Source: Eledone cirrhosa (lineage: Eukaryota). From it: a DNA stretch of 64,000 bases. Positions 1 through 12,978 of this stretch are shown here, one piece after another; within the stretch, counting starts at the first letter, position 1; each line of letters starts with the position of its first letter. The position numbers were made by a program, and so were the translations under genes. The DNA lies in assembly GCA_964016885.1 (NCBI GenBank), contig OZ024740.1, forward strand, positions 424,886,001 to 424,950,000. The letters run 5' to 3'. The notes under the pieces were generated by a model, which worked only from the letters and a program-made list of their open reading frames with translations, was not told the origin of the DNA and did no database searches.

Positions 1-464
1 CGAATTACTGACCAAATAATATTTGGTATGAATGGGTTAAAGACATCTGTCAAATCAATTAGTGGTGAAGGTGGTGTATACACACACACACATATATATA
101 TATATTGAGTGAGTGTGAAAGACCAAAGGTAATTATAGAAAGTCTCTGGATTTCGCAAAATACATATCTTTTATTGGAGAAGGTAAGATTCACTACAATA
201 TCAAAATAAATAGATAATCCATGCGGAACACCATTGAGAAGGATTGAGAAGGAGAATTTCGTCAGAGGGTTCTTCTCATTCGGAGAATATAAAATTCCCG
301 AGTTCAAATCATATATATATATATATATATATATCTGTTTTAACTTCTCCACCTACCTTTTTCCAAATTTTATATTGTTTTTGTAAAAATGTATATTTTG
401 TCACACACACACACGCACACACACGCACAAACACGCACACACGCACACACACGCACACACGCAC

Positions 465-534
<70 letters not shown>

Positions 535-1619
535 TAACGAAGCTAACAGAGTAGCCCCCGGTCGGTCCATTACATACATATATACCAAAGTAGTGAACGA
601 GCCAGCAATGTTTACTGTTTATGATCTTTTGACTCCTATAAATAACCAAGTAATGACTTCAAGTCACATCTAGTTATTTAGAAAAAGAAGAATGAATCAG
701 GAGAAAATAAAACGGTTAAAGACTGGATTGTCTTTGAGCAAAATACTTTATTACATGTTGATATAGAAGATCTGAGAGTGTGTACGAAGAGTAGCTGTGG
801 AGTTAAACCTGCAATAGATTACCGTTCTGTTCAGGGAGTCTTGTACTTTTAGTAATTTAACTCGAAGTAAACCAGGGGTCAGCACTGGCCTGATGAACCT
901 TCGGCTTAAAACAGACTTTAACTAATGCGTCAGTAAAATATCATAACAAAAGTGTGAATTTAAAATATGCTCATACACGTACACAAACACAAACACTCAT
1001 ACATACACACACGCCCACACATTTACACACACACGTACATACACACGCACACATTTACACACACACCATAGAAAGGTAGGTCATGGTTGGGATGATCCTG
1101 CGTCAGATGGTGCAGGTCCGAAATAAGATAAACCAAACACAATAAAACAAAGGGGTATGTATCATATCACATTTATTTCTATATTGTTATTTCACCATGA
1201 ACTGTCATGGCCGCTTCTCCAAACAAACGCACTTCCTGTTGTTTTTGGCACTTTTTTTTTTGCCTACTCCGTCATTAGGTTACTGCTAAAGCAAATAGGT
1301 ATGTATACGGTTTGTCTCAAATGTTGTACCTATCAAGAAAACCCACGATAAAAAACAATATGCTCTTATCAAAAATGTTTTAGTAGAAGACTAATGTCTA
1401 ATATATTTACATTTTTTAATTTATATGTTTGTCTATTCATATATTACTTCATGTTTACGGAGACAGTAATGAAAGCAACTTATGTTTATACTCATAGACA
1501 GCTAGCTCATAAAGCTCACACATCTACATATATACATACATACATGCATACGTACGTACGTATGTATGTATGTATTATGTATGTATGTATGTATGTATGT
1601 ATGTATGTATGTATGTATG

Positions 1620-1650
<31 letters not shown>

Positions 1651-1690
1651 GCATGTATGAATGTGTGTGTATATATATATATATATATAA

Positions 1691-1890
1691 TGGCTGCCTC
1701 CTCATTATCGAGTATGGCCATTGCACGATATAACATTATCAATTAATGTTATCGTGCAATGCCTGTGAGTGAAGATATTTTTTAAAGTGAGGAAAGACTG
1801 TACACTGAGCCAATCCCACTCTCTGAGCGACAGTAGCTATAACCCGAAAAGAAGAAAAGATCAACATCATTGGTTACTGAGCCGCAGTTA
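1691..1890 (-). mobile_element. Diverged short copy of the RTE-like non-autonomous repeat (family of 37651 and 62378)
   Basis: tggctgcctcctcattatcgagtatggcca and aaagaagaaaagatcaacatcattgg match motifs in the 37651-38062 and 62378-62985 copies. Confidence 0.5.
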
Positions 1891-2034
1891 AGTATAATAA
1901 ACAATAAGTTTCCTGGGATAACTTACTTATTGTTTATTATACTTAACTTACTTATTGTTTATTATACTTAACTTACTTATTGTTTATTATATTATCTTAA
2001 CTAATTTCAGTCATCGCATTGATTTATTCAATCA

Positions 2035-2400
2035 TTTTGACTATAATACTTATTTTGACCATAATAATATTTTGACCATAATACATATTTTAACCATAGT
2101 AAATATTTTGATCATAATATATATTTTGATCATAATACATATTTTAACCATAGTAAATATTTTGATCATAATACTTATTTCGATCATAATACATATTTTA
2201 ACCATAGTAAATATTTTGATCATAATATATATTTCGATCATAATACATATTTTAACCATAGTAAATATTTTGATCATAATACTTATTTTAACCATAGTAA
2301 ATATTTTGACCATAATACATATTTTGATCATAATAAATATTTTGACCATAATACTTATTTTGATCATAATAAATATTTTGACCAAAATACTTATTTTGAC
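2035..2400. repeat. 18-bp minisatellite (atattttgatcataatac variants)
   Basis: About 20 tandem units; explains the ILTIVN/ILIIIH repeat ORFs 1955..2479 and 2050..2520. Confidence 0.9.
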
Positions 2401-2433
2401 GGCCACTCCCATCGCCTCGTCAACAACAACAAC

Positions 2434-2479
<46 letters not shown>

Positions 2480-2960
2480 CCAAAGTTTAATATGGTTCGT
2501 TGATTAATCAACGAATACAATTTTACAATAGATTAGAGGCACTCGACAAGGGATTTTCCTGGAGTATTTAATATTATTCAAAATGTTAATAAATGGAAAA
2601 TATTCTCATAATCAAAATATATATTTTATTATACATATTTCAAAGGTACAATGGTGTTTAAGTACGTTTTCATCAGACAAAATATAAAATTTGATATGTG
2701 ACATACCACTATGATAATATTTTCTATTTATTAACATTTTGAATAATATATATATATATACGCACGTGCTCAAGTATAGCTCTTTTTACAAAACGGTATT
2801 TTTTTCCATTTCAGGTAGACGCGCGCCATCATCCACAAAACGCCAGCACCAACAGTTTTGCAAGAGATGTCAACATGAATGGACCTATTATTTTTATCTA
2901 AATACATTTTTTCCAATTCCACCCCACCCGTCCCCTCAATCTATTTTATTTCTCATTCTT

Positions 2961-2996
2961 TCTTCTGATGAAGGACTGGCGTCCGAAACGTCAAGA
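2961..2996 (+). ncRNA. Minimal type I hammerhead ribozyme, family A (element about 2760-3082)
   Basis: tctt-CTGATGA-a-ggac-tggc-gtcc-GAAA-c-GTC-aaga: stem I tctt/aaga, stem II ggac/gtcc, GUC cleavage triplet. Confidence 0.8.
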
Positions 2997-3081
2997 CCCT
3001 CTTCCTGCTATATCAAGCATTAACCTAATATATACCTTCCATATACCGTACCCATTGGGTTGTTATTTCTGTTTACCTTTT

Positions 3082-3143
<62 letters not shown>

Positions 3144-3320
3144 GGCGTTAACCCCCCGGTGTTTGCATAGCTACGGCTTCATAAAACCATATTCCCCAGA
3201 GGGCGTTCGCCCCCCCCCCCCGGTTTTTGCATAGCTACGGCTTCCTAAAACCGTATTTCTTTGGCGATACGAAATATTTATACATATTCTATAAAGCTAT
3301 GCTTGCAGCGAAATCCTATT

Positions 3321-3369
<49 letters not shown>

Positions 3370-3431
3370 AACAAGTATGACCCCGACGGCAGAGCTCAAG
3401 CCGTTTCGACGGCTAATTCTGGACGCTCAGG

Positions 3432-3480
3432 GCTTCCTGATGATTTCTCACGAATGAAACAGTTCTAGCCCTGTAGAAGC
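3432..3480 (+). ncRNA. Type I hammerhead ribozyme, family B
   Basis: gcttc-CTGATGA-t-ttc-tcac-gaa-t-GAAA-cag-ttctagcc-ct-GTA-gaagc: all three stems close and the triplet is GUA. Confidence 0.8.
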
Positions 3481-3559
3481 TCTTCTATATTAAAATATAT
3501 ATATATATATTACAAAATAAGAGGAGGCATGTTCTGGTGTAAATCCGTGAAAGGTTTAT

Positions 3560-3618
3560 TATACTAGGATCATTTCAATGACCGGGTTCAGTATGAATCC
3601 AGTGACATTCAGGTAATT
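3560..3618 (-). ncRNA. Degenerate hammerhead, family C (second copy at 44899-44955 on +)
   Basis: Minus strand reads attac-CTGAATG-tcactggattcatactgaacccggtcatt-GAAA-tgatcc-TA-gtat; the 44903 copy keeps CTGATGA. Confidence 0.5.
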
Positions 3619-3814
3619 CAAAATATAATTATTTACTCCGTACTCGCACCACCAAATACACAAACGAAGACGGGTGGTTGCATTACGTTGAGTGCTCTCC
3701 ATAATATTACATCGGGGCTGACCACACAGAATGACCAGTTCTATCCAGTGGTGAACCAACAAACCCAAATAAATATATATATATATATATATATTCACCT
3801 AAATATATATATAT

Positions 3815-3985
3815 ATTCACCTTATGTGCATCTTCAGCCCGGACTCTGAAGATCCGCATAAGGTGAAACAATTGTTCTCGGTATGGTGAACTAACTGTTG
3901 TGTTACTACTACCAAACTCGGCCTATGGACTGAGTGCTCTACTACTACGGATATTACCTTCCAGTGTTCCACCTTTATATATTCT
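3815..3985 (+). mobile_element. TA-flanked fold-back element with hammerhead-like motif, family J (related copy 60097-60245)
   Basis: ttcaccttatgtgcatcttcag...ctgaagatccgcataaggtgaaacaattgttc inverted repeat; the tail gaactaactgttgtg...ggactgagtgctct...atattaccttccagtg is shared with the 60 kb copy. Confidence 0.6.
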
Positions 3986-4211
3986 GGTCTTTTCTATATT
4001 AAAACATTTATACTCTGCTATGTATTGAGTACCCTACTTACTGTGGTTACCTCCGATATATATTTTATATTTCGTCTTCCAGTAATATTATAGAATTACA
4101 AAGTGATAACTTGAAATGATATTGTAGGGTTAAACTAGAATTACTTTCTTTTGTTGTACAGTTTTATGTAGATTTTAACAAAACTAATGAAATTAAAATG
4201 AAATTATTATT

Positions 4212-4410
4212 GTATCAGTAGAGCGTCGGAAAACATGCTTTGTTGCATAGAGTTATGGCTGTTTACATTCTAAGTTCAAACCCAGCCGAGGTTAGCTTTG
4301 ATTTTCATACTAACGTGATCGATAAAATAAAATACCAGTGACAAACGGGTTCATTTAATCGACTTTCCCCTCCTCAAAATTGTTGGCATTATTCCTAAAT
4401 AAGAAACCAA
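4212..4410 (+). mobile_element. tRNA-derived SINE, family 1 (diverged)
   Basis: aagttcaaaccc B-box-like motif followed by gaggttagctttg...gataaaataaaataccag body. Confidence 0.75.
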
Positions 4411-4661
4411 TATTTCATCTTCCAGTAATATATATTTATAAAATAACCTTTAAATTGTTTTGAAGGATTAAAGTAGAATTATTTTCTTCTGTAATACACT
4501 TTTATGTAGTTTTAAACAAAACTAATGAAATTAATAAAAGAATTCCTCTCAGCTATTGCTGGAACAAAAGGATGACATTAGTCATCTAATAAGTGATGTT
4601 TATGAGGTTCTGTGCTTACAAACAAACCGAATATTAATAATATCATGATATTATTATAATA

Positions 4662-4977
4662 CTAGACCACCCGTGACACGTTGCGTCACGTTCACTTAAA
4701 ATATCTTTTAAATAATTAAAATATTCATAGACATGCCTCACTTTCAATCTACTCTCTCACAACCAGTATTTCTTTCTATCTATCTTTCTCTGTCTCTATT
4801 TATGAAGGTACCCGGAAAGGTACCCCGTATCTCGGGAGCCCGAGCTCCGATTTAAGCGAAAATTGTTTTAATACATTTGTATTCCCATTTCAGGGTCAAC
4901 TTCCTTTCAAAGTATTTTCCCATTATGCCCCCTTTTGGCTGTATTACATTACAGACAGAGTTTTAGTAGTATAGAGA
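4662..4977 (-). mobile_element. Non-autonomous Helitron
   Basis: Minus strand: A|TCtctatactac...hairpin cgtgacgcaacgtgtcacg-ggtggt-CTAG|T, i.e. canonical 5'-TC, subterminal hairpin, 3'-CTAG and an A|T insertion site. Confidence 0.75.
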
Positions 4978-5010
4978 TTATCATTATTCACTCACAAATA
5001 CAAAATAATA

Positions 5011-5198
5011 ATTGTTTCCACTTTTGGCACAAGGCAAGCAAGTACCCAGTACATTACTGGTACTTTATTTTATCGGCCCCGTAAGGATGAAAGGCAAAGT
5101 TAACCTCGACGGGATTTGAACTCAGACCGTAAAGGGGCGTAACTATGCTAGAAAGCATGGCGTCCGACCCTCTACCGATACTGCCAATTCGCCGCCCT
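5011..5198 (-). mobile_element. tRNA-derived SINE, family 1
   Basis: Reverse complement has tggcagtatcggta (A-box-like), gagttcaaatccc (B-box) and body gcctttcatccttacggggccgataaaataaagtaccag; more than 15 copies in the window. Confidence 0.85.
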
Positions 5199-6023
5199 TA
5201 TGCAAAATAATAATAATAATTATTATTAATATTTCTTCAGCAGTTCCATGCTAGTTACTACTGCAACATCTCCGTGTTTCTGGGATATGTGAAGCATTGT
5301 CTATACTTAAGGGTTGTGTATACTGTGTGGATGGGGAGATCTAGACTCTTCTGTTAGTGTAATGTTTCAGTTTGCTAATATGGGATTTAACCTGTAGTTT
5401 CTTGTCCTTGTGTTATAGTTTTCATGTTTTCTGTTTGTGATTTAAAGACAAGATAGGTAAAAGTTTTATTTCTCTGTCGATCAAACGCTATCCGATTTAC
5501 TGAGATTCTTTTGTGTTGGAGTTAGAAAAACGAAACTTTACTAAGTTAAAGTAGGAAGAAGAAAATACAACAACATTAAAAATTTAAATCGAAGTAAACA
5601 ACAACAACAACAACCACCACCACAACCACAACAACAACAACAATGCCAACAATAATAATAATAATTATTATTATATTTTCCTTCTTAATTCCTTTTAGGC
5701 ATTTGTTCCCTTAATTCTTATGTTGTTATCAGTAATGTGTGTGTGTGTTTGTATGTGTGAATGTGTGTGTGTTTGTGTGTGTGTGTTTCTGTGTGAATAT
5801 TACTGTGCATGTATGTATGTATAAATATATGTATGTGTACACACACACAAACACACACACACACAAATACACACACACAAACACACACACACGAACACAC
5901 ACACACACACACATATATATGTGTGTATATACGCAAAGGGACATATCTACAAAAAACGTATAAATAGATAGTCTTATAAATAGATAATAATGCACACACA
6001 GACATAGTTCTATCTTTCTTTCT

Positions 6024-6065
<42 letters not shown>

Positions 6066-6066
6066 G

Positions 6067-6098
<32 letters not shown>

Positions 6099-6108
6099 CA
6101 CAAACACG

Positions 6109-6150
<42 letters not shown>

Positions 6151-6196
6151 AACACGCACACGCACACACACACACATATATATATACATACATGTT

Positions 6197-6252
<56 letters not shown>

Positions 6253-6270
6253 ACACGCACAAACACACAA

Positions 6271-6316
<46 letters not shown>

Positions 6317-6678
6317 CACGCACAAACATATATATATATATACAAATACAAATACATACATATATATGTTAAGTATATAAAAGTTTTTATCTGTTGACTC
6401 TTGACTCTTGATCTTTTGCCGAAATTCTTTTGTAAAAGTCTTAGACTAAATAGAAAAAATAAGCCCAAAACAGAAGAATAAAAAGCTGGAGCCCGATCTA
6501 AGGGAATGCTAGTGGAACTGTCAAGACCTGCAGTTTCGGACGGGAATATTTACATGGTAAACTATCTTAATACTTCAACTGATGGACTCTGACAGCTGAC
6601 ACAAACCTGCGCCTCTTACAGAAATCAAAGTTTATCCTGCACTTTAAAAACCAAATAAAATATTATGATGTCTGCTTG

Positions 6679-6798
6679 CATACATACATACATACATACA
6701 TACGTACATACATACATACATACATACATACATACATACATACATACATACATACATACATACATAATACATACATACATACAGACATAGGAACATAA

Positions 6799-6857
<59 letters not shown>

Positions 6858-6866
6858 TACATAGAG

Positions 6867-6937
<71 letters not shown>

Positions 6938-7510
6938 TATATACATACATACATGGAGACACACACACATATATATATATATATAAATACATACACACAC
7001 ATACTCACATACATACATTCATAAATACATACATACATGCATACAAAATACACACATATACATACATATATACATGTACACATGCATACATATATACATA
7101 CATATACATACATATATACATATTTATATGCATACATACATGTATATAAACATATATATATGTATGCATACACACATACACACATACACATACACACATA
7201 AATACATACATACACACATATATACATACATGCATACATGTATACATACATATATACATACATCTAGACAGACATGTATAGAGACATATATACATACGTG
7301 TATGTATATATGTATGTATTATGTATGCATTTATGTATGCATGTATGTATTATGTATGTATGTATATATGTTTGATATATCCGTGTGTGTGTGAATTTGT
7401 TTGTTTGCGTATATACATATATATGTATACATACGAATACACACATATGTAGATTTGCATAAAGTATAAATGTATTTATAAATGTATTTATGTACACACA
7501 CACAAACATA
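6679..7510. repeat. Compound (TACA)n/(CA)n/(TA)n microsatellite
   Basis: Read directly. Confidence 0.95.
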
Positions 7511-7556
7511 TAAATAAATAAGGAAATATATATATATATATATATATTTTCATTTA

Positions 7557-7587
<31 letters not shown>

Positions 7588-7593
7588 TCATTT

Positions 7594-7643
<50 letters not shown>

Positions 7644-7710
7644 ATGTGTATATATATATATGTATGTATATCTATTTATCTATCTATCTATGTATATATA
7701 TATATATATA

Positions 7711-8064
7711 TTAGAAAGTGAGGTATTTTTTACAAAATGAAAAATAACCGAGGTGTCCTACACGAGTGAAAGTATAAAAAAAAAAAGATGAAATCGAAAA
7801 TGCAACTGGAGTCTTATTTTTTTTAAAATATATATATTTATTTGGTTCCTTTACCGGTTTCGCAGTTCTTCTGCTTTTCAAAAGTAGAGTTGAGATGGAG
7901 GGCCTGGGGTATTTCACACATCAGATGTGAGAAAAACCACAGACCCTCCACCTCAACTCTACTTTTGAAAAGCAGAAGAACTGTGAAACCGGTAAAGGAA
8001 CCAAATAAATATATATATTTTTTTAAATAAGACTCCAGTTGCATTTTCGATTTCATCTTTTTTG

Positions 8065-8068
<4 letters not shown>
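7711..8068. mobile_element. Palindromic TA-flanked element, family D, with a hammerhead variant in each arm
   Basis: Arms of about 140 bp inverted around 7915-7925; ctt-TTGAAAA-gcag-aagaa-ctgc/t-GAAA-ccg-GTA-aag at 7962-7997 (+) and about 7848-7884 (-). Confidence 0.8.
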
Positions 8069-8110
<42 letters not shown>

Positions 8111-8275
8111 ATAATAATAAATTTGAAGACTAAAATCCAAAGAAGGCTCGATAAGGATAAATATATATCAAATATATAAGAACCGTAGAGCAAATATTTA
8201 TTATATAACAGATTAAATTTTAAGCCGTTAAGGGTGAAAGCAGCGATTCTTTGCTTAAACTTTAATGTTATTTTA

Positions 8276-8379
<104 letters not shown>

Positions 8380-8514
8380 CTACTATCATAAATACTCAGA
8401 AAATGAAGAACATAGCGCATACAATGTATCCTTATAATGAAGTTTAGCAAGGGGGGAATGAAGGAGAAAAGTAAGGAATATAAGTGAAGAAAGAAGGTAG
8501 AGAAGAAGGCGTGT

Positions 8515-8820
8515 TCTACCTGGTGCAGTCTGCGACTAACCCAGGTTCTGCTACAATTCGGGCTGAGGAGGCCAAACTCTTCAAATACCGGTCACTCTCC
8601 GACAGGTTTGCGGTTGTACCCTTGGCAGTGCAGACATCTTGTGTCCTCGGTCTTAGGGCTACCTCCCTACTCACCACTATAGGCGCTGTCTGGCCAGCCG
8701 CAGATGTGAGGCTCACGAGCTGGAATGGCTTTTCCAGCGCGTCTCCCTTACCGTCCTTCAGGGAAACGCCTTCTCCCTTCTGTCCGCCGAGGCTGTGGGG
8801 AGGCCACCAATGTGATTGAC
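8515..8820 (+). pseudogene. 3' fragment of a CRE-clade non-LTR retrotransposon (restriction-like endonuclease region)
   Basis: GSATIRAEEAKLFKYRSLSDRFAVVPLAVQTSCVLG, then after a frameshift ELEWLFQRVSLTVLQGNAFSLLSA; typical CRE C-terminus. Confidence 0.7.
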
Positions 8821-9920
8821 TGACTTGTCATTTTATCAGTCAGCTATAGCATATAGGTACATAGAAACTATGGAAGTACCTAAAGGTAGAACGACTGTAC
8901 GGTTGAAGGTGTGTTGTAGGATGTAACATAGAAACTATGGAAGGATGTAACATAGAAACTATGGGAAGACCTAAAGGTGGAACTACTGTACATCACACAT
9001 TCTCATATTTCACATCCCACATCCCACATCTCACATTCTAACACATTCCTACATAACACACTCTCACAACCCACATCACACACTCTCACACCTCACATCC
9101 AACATAAGCACACATCACACACTCTCACATCTCACATTCCCACATATTCCCACATCACACACTCTCACATCTCCAATCTCACATTCCAACATAAGCACAT
9201 CACCCACCACATAACTATGGCACATTTTTTCATAAATGCTTTAGTTATGAACATTTACATGATTGAGTCAGACACGCCCACATGAGCTTCACACTAACGC
9301 AAACAAAATATACAACCACACACGCATACACATACACACGTACAAACATTTTTATCTCTTCCTCTCTCAAACTCAGTCGTTGACCTCCTCATTCCATAAT
9401 GCCTTCCATCACTCAGTGATGATTTTGAGCTTTGTGTTACCAACAGATTTCATATTTAGCTCACTTGGATCCACAATTTTGTTCTTCCGTAAATCCATGA
9501 TGGTGCAATGTTGGTTAGCACCACGTACAACAGGAATTCTTCAATATGTTTTGACCAAGTGTTATAGCAATAACATTGTGTTTGGAGACAGGAACATTAC
9601 TCCAAGGTATTCATCCTCATGGATCTGGAATTTGGGATGATATGGGACCTTATTAATGATAAGGACCTTGAATGAGAATCCTTTCTTCTAGGGGTATTTC
9701 TGCACTTCAATTACAAAGTAGTGACGGAATCTATCGAGGAATAAAGTTATCGCAAACCATTCCTTCTTATTGTGTTGCCAGAAAACGAGAAGCATATTTT
9801 TTTTTTTTTTTTTAAGAATCCGATGTTTTCTTTATCTCTGTACACTATGCTTGGGTTTGTTCATATAAATTGCTACGTTACCCTATAGCAACAGTGTAAG
9901 ACTTCCAAACCTTAAATGCA

Positions 9921-11488
9921 ATGCAAACCTTAAGTCCAATGACTGTAAATATGATTGCTTTAAATGCAAATCTTAAGTCCAATGACTGTAAATATGATTG
10001 CCTTAAATGCAAACCTTAAGTCCAATGACTGTAAATATGATTGCCTTAAATGCAAACCTTAAGTCCAATGACTGTAAATATGATTGTTTTAAATGCAAAT
10101 CTTAAGTCCAATGACTGTAAATATGATTGCTTTAAATGCAAACCTTAAGTCCAATGACTGTAAATATGATTGCCTTAAATGCAAATCTTAAGTCCAATGA
10201 CTGTAAATATGATTGCCTTAAATGCAAACCTTAAGTCCAATAACTGTAAATATGATTGCTTTAAATGCGAATCTTAAGTCCAATGACTGTAAATATGATT
10301 GCCTTAAATGCAAACCTTAAGTCCAATGACTGTAAATATGATTGCTTTAAATGCAAATCTTAAGTCCAGTGACTGTAAATATGATTGCCTTAAATGCAAA
10401 TCTTAAGTCCAATGACTGTAAATATGATTGCTTTAAATGCAAATCTTAAGTCCAATGACTGTAAATATGATTGCTTTAAATGCAAATCTTAAGTCCAGTG
10501 ACTGTAAATATGATTGCCTTAAATGCAAATCTTAAGTCCAATGACTGTAAATATGATTGCTTTAAATGCAAATCTTAAGTCCAATGACTGTAAATATGAT
10601 TGCCTTAAATGCAAATCTTAAGTCCAATGACTGTAAATATGATTGCTTTAAATGCAAATCTTAAGTCCAATGACTGTAAATATGATTGCCTTAAATGCAA
10701 ATCTTAAGTCCAATGACTGTAAATATGATTGCCTTAAATGCAAATCTTAAGTCCAATGACTGTAAATATGATTGCCTTAAATGCAAATCTTAAGTCCAAT
10801 GACTGTAAATATGATTGCCTTAAATGCAAATCTTAAGTCCAATGACTGTAAATATGATTGCCTTAAATGCAAATCTTAAGTCCAATGACTGTAAATATGA
10901 TTGCCTTAAATGCAAATCTTAAGTCCAATGACTGTAAATATGATTGCTTTAAATGCAAATCTTAAGTCCAATGACTGTAAATATGATTGCCTTAAATGCA
11001 AATCTTAAGTCCAATGACTGTAAATATGATTGCCTTAAATGCAAATCTTAAGTCCAATGACTGTAAATATGATTGCCTTAAATGCAAATCTTAAGTCCAA
11101 TGACTGTAAATATGATTGCTTTAAATGCAAATCTTAAGTCCAATGACTGTAAATATGATTGCTTTAAATGCAAACCTTAAGTCCAATGACTGTAAATATG
11201 ATTGCCTTAAATGCAAATCTTAAGTCCAATGACTGTAAATATGATTGCCTTAAATGCAAACCTTAAGTCCAATAACTGTAAATATGATTGCTTTAAATGC
11301 GAATCTTAAGTCCAATGACTGTAAATATGATTGCCTTAAATGCAAACCTTAAGTCCAATAACTGTAAATATGATTGCTTTAAATGCAAATCTTAAGTCCA
11401 ATGACTGTAAATATGATTGCTTTAAATGCAAACCTTAAGTCCAATGACTGTAAATATGATTGCCTTAAATGCAAATCTTAAGTCCAAT

Positions 11489-11492
<4 letters not shown>
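9921..11492. repeat. 43-bp tandem satellite, about 36 units
   Basis: Unit aaatgcaaatcttaagtccaatgactgtaaatatgattgcctt, very homogeneous, ends in (TA)n. Confidence 0.95.
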
Positions 11493-11558
<66 letters not shown>

Positions 11559-11711
11559 AAATCTCTCTATATAGAACAACTCATACAAAGCTAACGACAG
11601 GTAGAGTACTAAAAAAGCCAACCAATATAAGAAAGGTTCACTCACGTCCTCTCCCTGACTGAAGTCCCTGGATTGAAGAAACAATATTGACTATCTTAAT
11701 AAATTAATTCA

Positions 11712-11870
<159 letters not shown>

Positions 11871-12032
11871 GGTGTGTGAGTATATATATATATATATATA
11901 CGCATAGGCCCTGTTGTGTATAGACACAAGTATTTCTGTGTGTTTAAGGCGTTCCCTTCACAGCCACATATTTTCAAGTTCATCTCTTCTTTATGGCATC
12001 TAGGATCAATGTTGTCTCGCTCCCAATGTTGA

Positions 12033-12978
12033 CCATCTCATCCCTGTCAGAGTTAACAGGGTGTTGATCATGTCCTGAAGAGTGACCTGCTCCCTGTCCG
12101 AGATAACAGGGTGTTGATCATGTCCTGAAGAGTGACCTGCTCCCTGTCAGAGATAACAGGGTGTTGATCATGTCCTGAAGAGTGACCTGCTCCCTGTCCG
12201 AGTTAACAGGGTGTTGATCATCTCCTGAAGAGTGACCTGCTCCCTGTCCGAGATAACAGGGTGTTGATCATCTCCTGAGGAGTGACCTCCTCCCTGTCCG
12301 AGATAACAGGGTGTTGATCATGTCCTGAAGAGTGACCTCCTCCCTGTCCGAGATAACAAGGTGTTGATCATCTCCTGAAGAGTGACCTCCTCCCTGTCAG
12401 AGATAACAGGGTGTTGATCATGTCCTGAAGAGTGACCTCCTCCCTGTCCGAGATAACAGGGTGTTGATCATGTCCTGAAGAGTGACCTCCTCCCTGTCCG
12501 AGATAACAGGGTGTTGATCATCTCCTGAAGAGTGACCTCCTCCCTGTCCGAGATAACAAGGTGTTGATCATCTCCTGAAGAGTGACCTCCTCCCTGTCAG
12601 AGATAACAGGGTGTTGATCATGTCCTGAAGAGTGACGTCCTCCCTGTCAGAGTTAACAGGGTGTTGATCATCTCATGAAGAGTGACCTCCTCCCTGTCCG
12701 AGATAACAAGGTGTTGATCATGTCCTGAAGAGTGACCTCCTCCCTGTCCGAGATAACAGGGTGTTGATCATGTCCTGAAGAGTGACCTGCTCCCTGTCCG
12801 AGATAACAAGGTGTTGATCATGTCCTGAAGAGTGACCTGCTCCCTGTCCAAGATAACAGGGTGTTGATCATGTCCTCAAGGATAATCTTCTCTCTGTCCG
12901 AGATAACAGGATGTTGATCATCTCCTGAAGAGTGACCTCCTCTCTGTCAGAGATAACAGGGTGTTGATCATCTGAAGA
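12033..12978. repeat. 50-bp tandem minisatellite, about 19 units
   Basis: Unit gtgttgatcatgtcctgaagagtgacctcctccctgtccgagataacagg. Confidence 0.95.

Noticed and set aside
140-272. Minus-strand CTGACGA...GAAA, and similar partial motifs at 6520-6600, 11656-11692, 20915-20940 and 26401
   Set aside because: Stems I/II cannot be closed convincingly by eye; they may be decayed members but are unsupported.
885-912. CTGATGA motif (also 35789)
   Set aside because: Part of the SINE family 2 tail; no correctly placed stem II-GAAA-NUH.
5011-5198. tRNA genes suggested by A/B boxes
   Set aside because: No cloverleaf; the boxes belong to multi-copy SINE heads.
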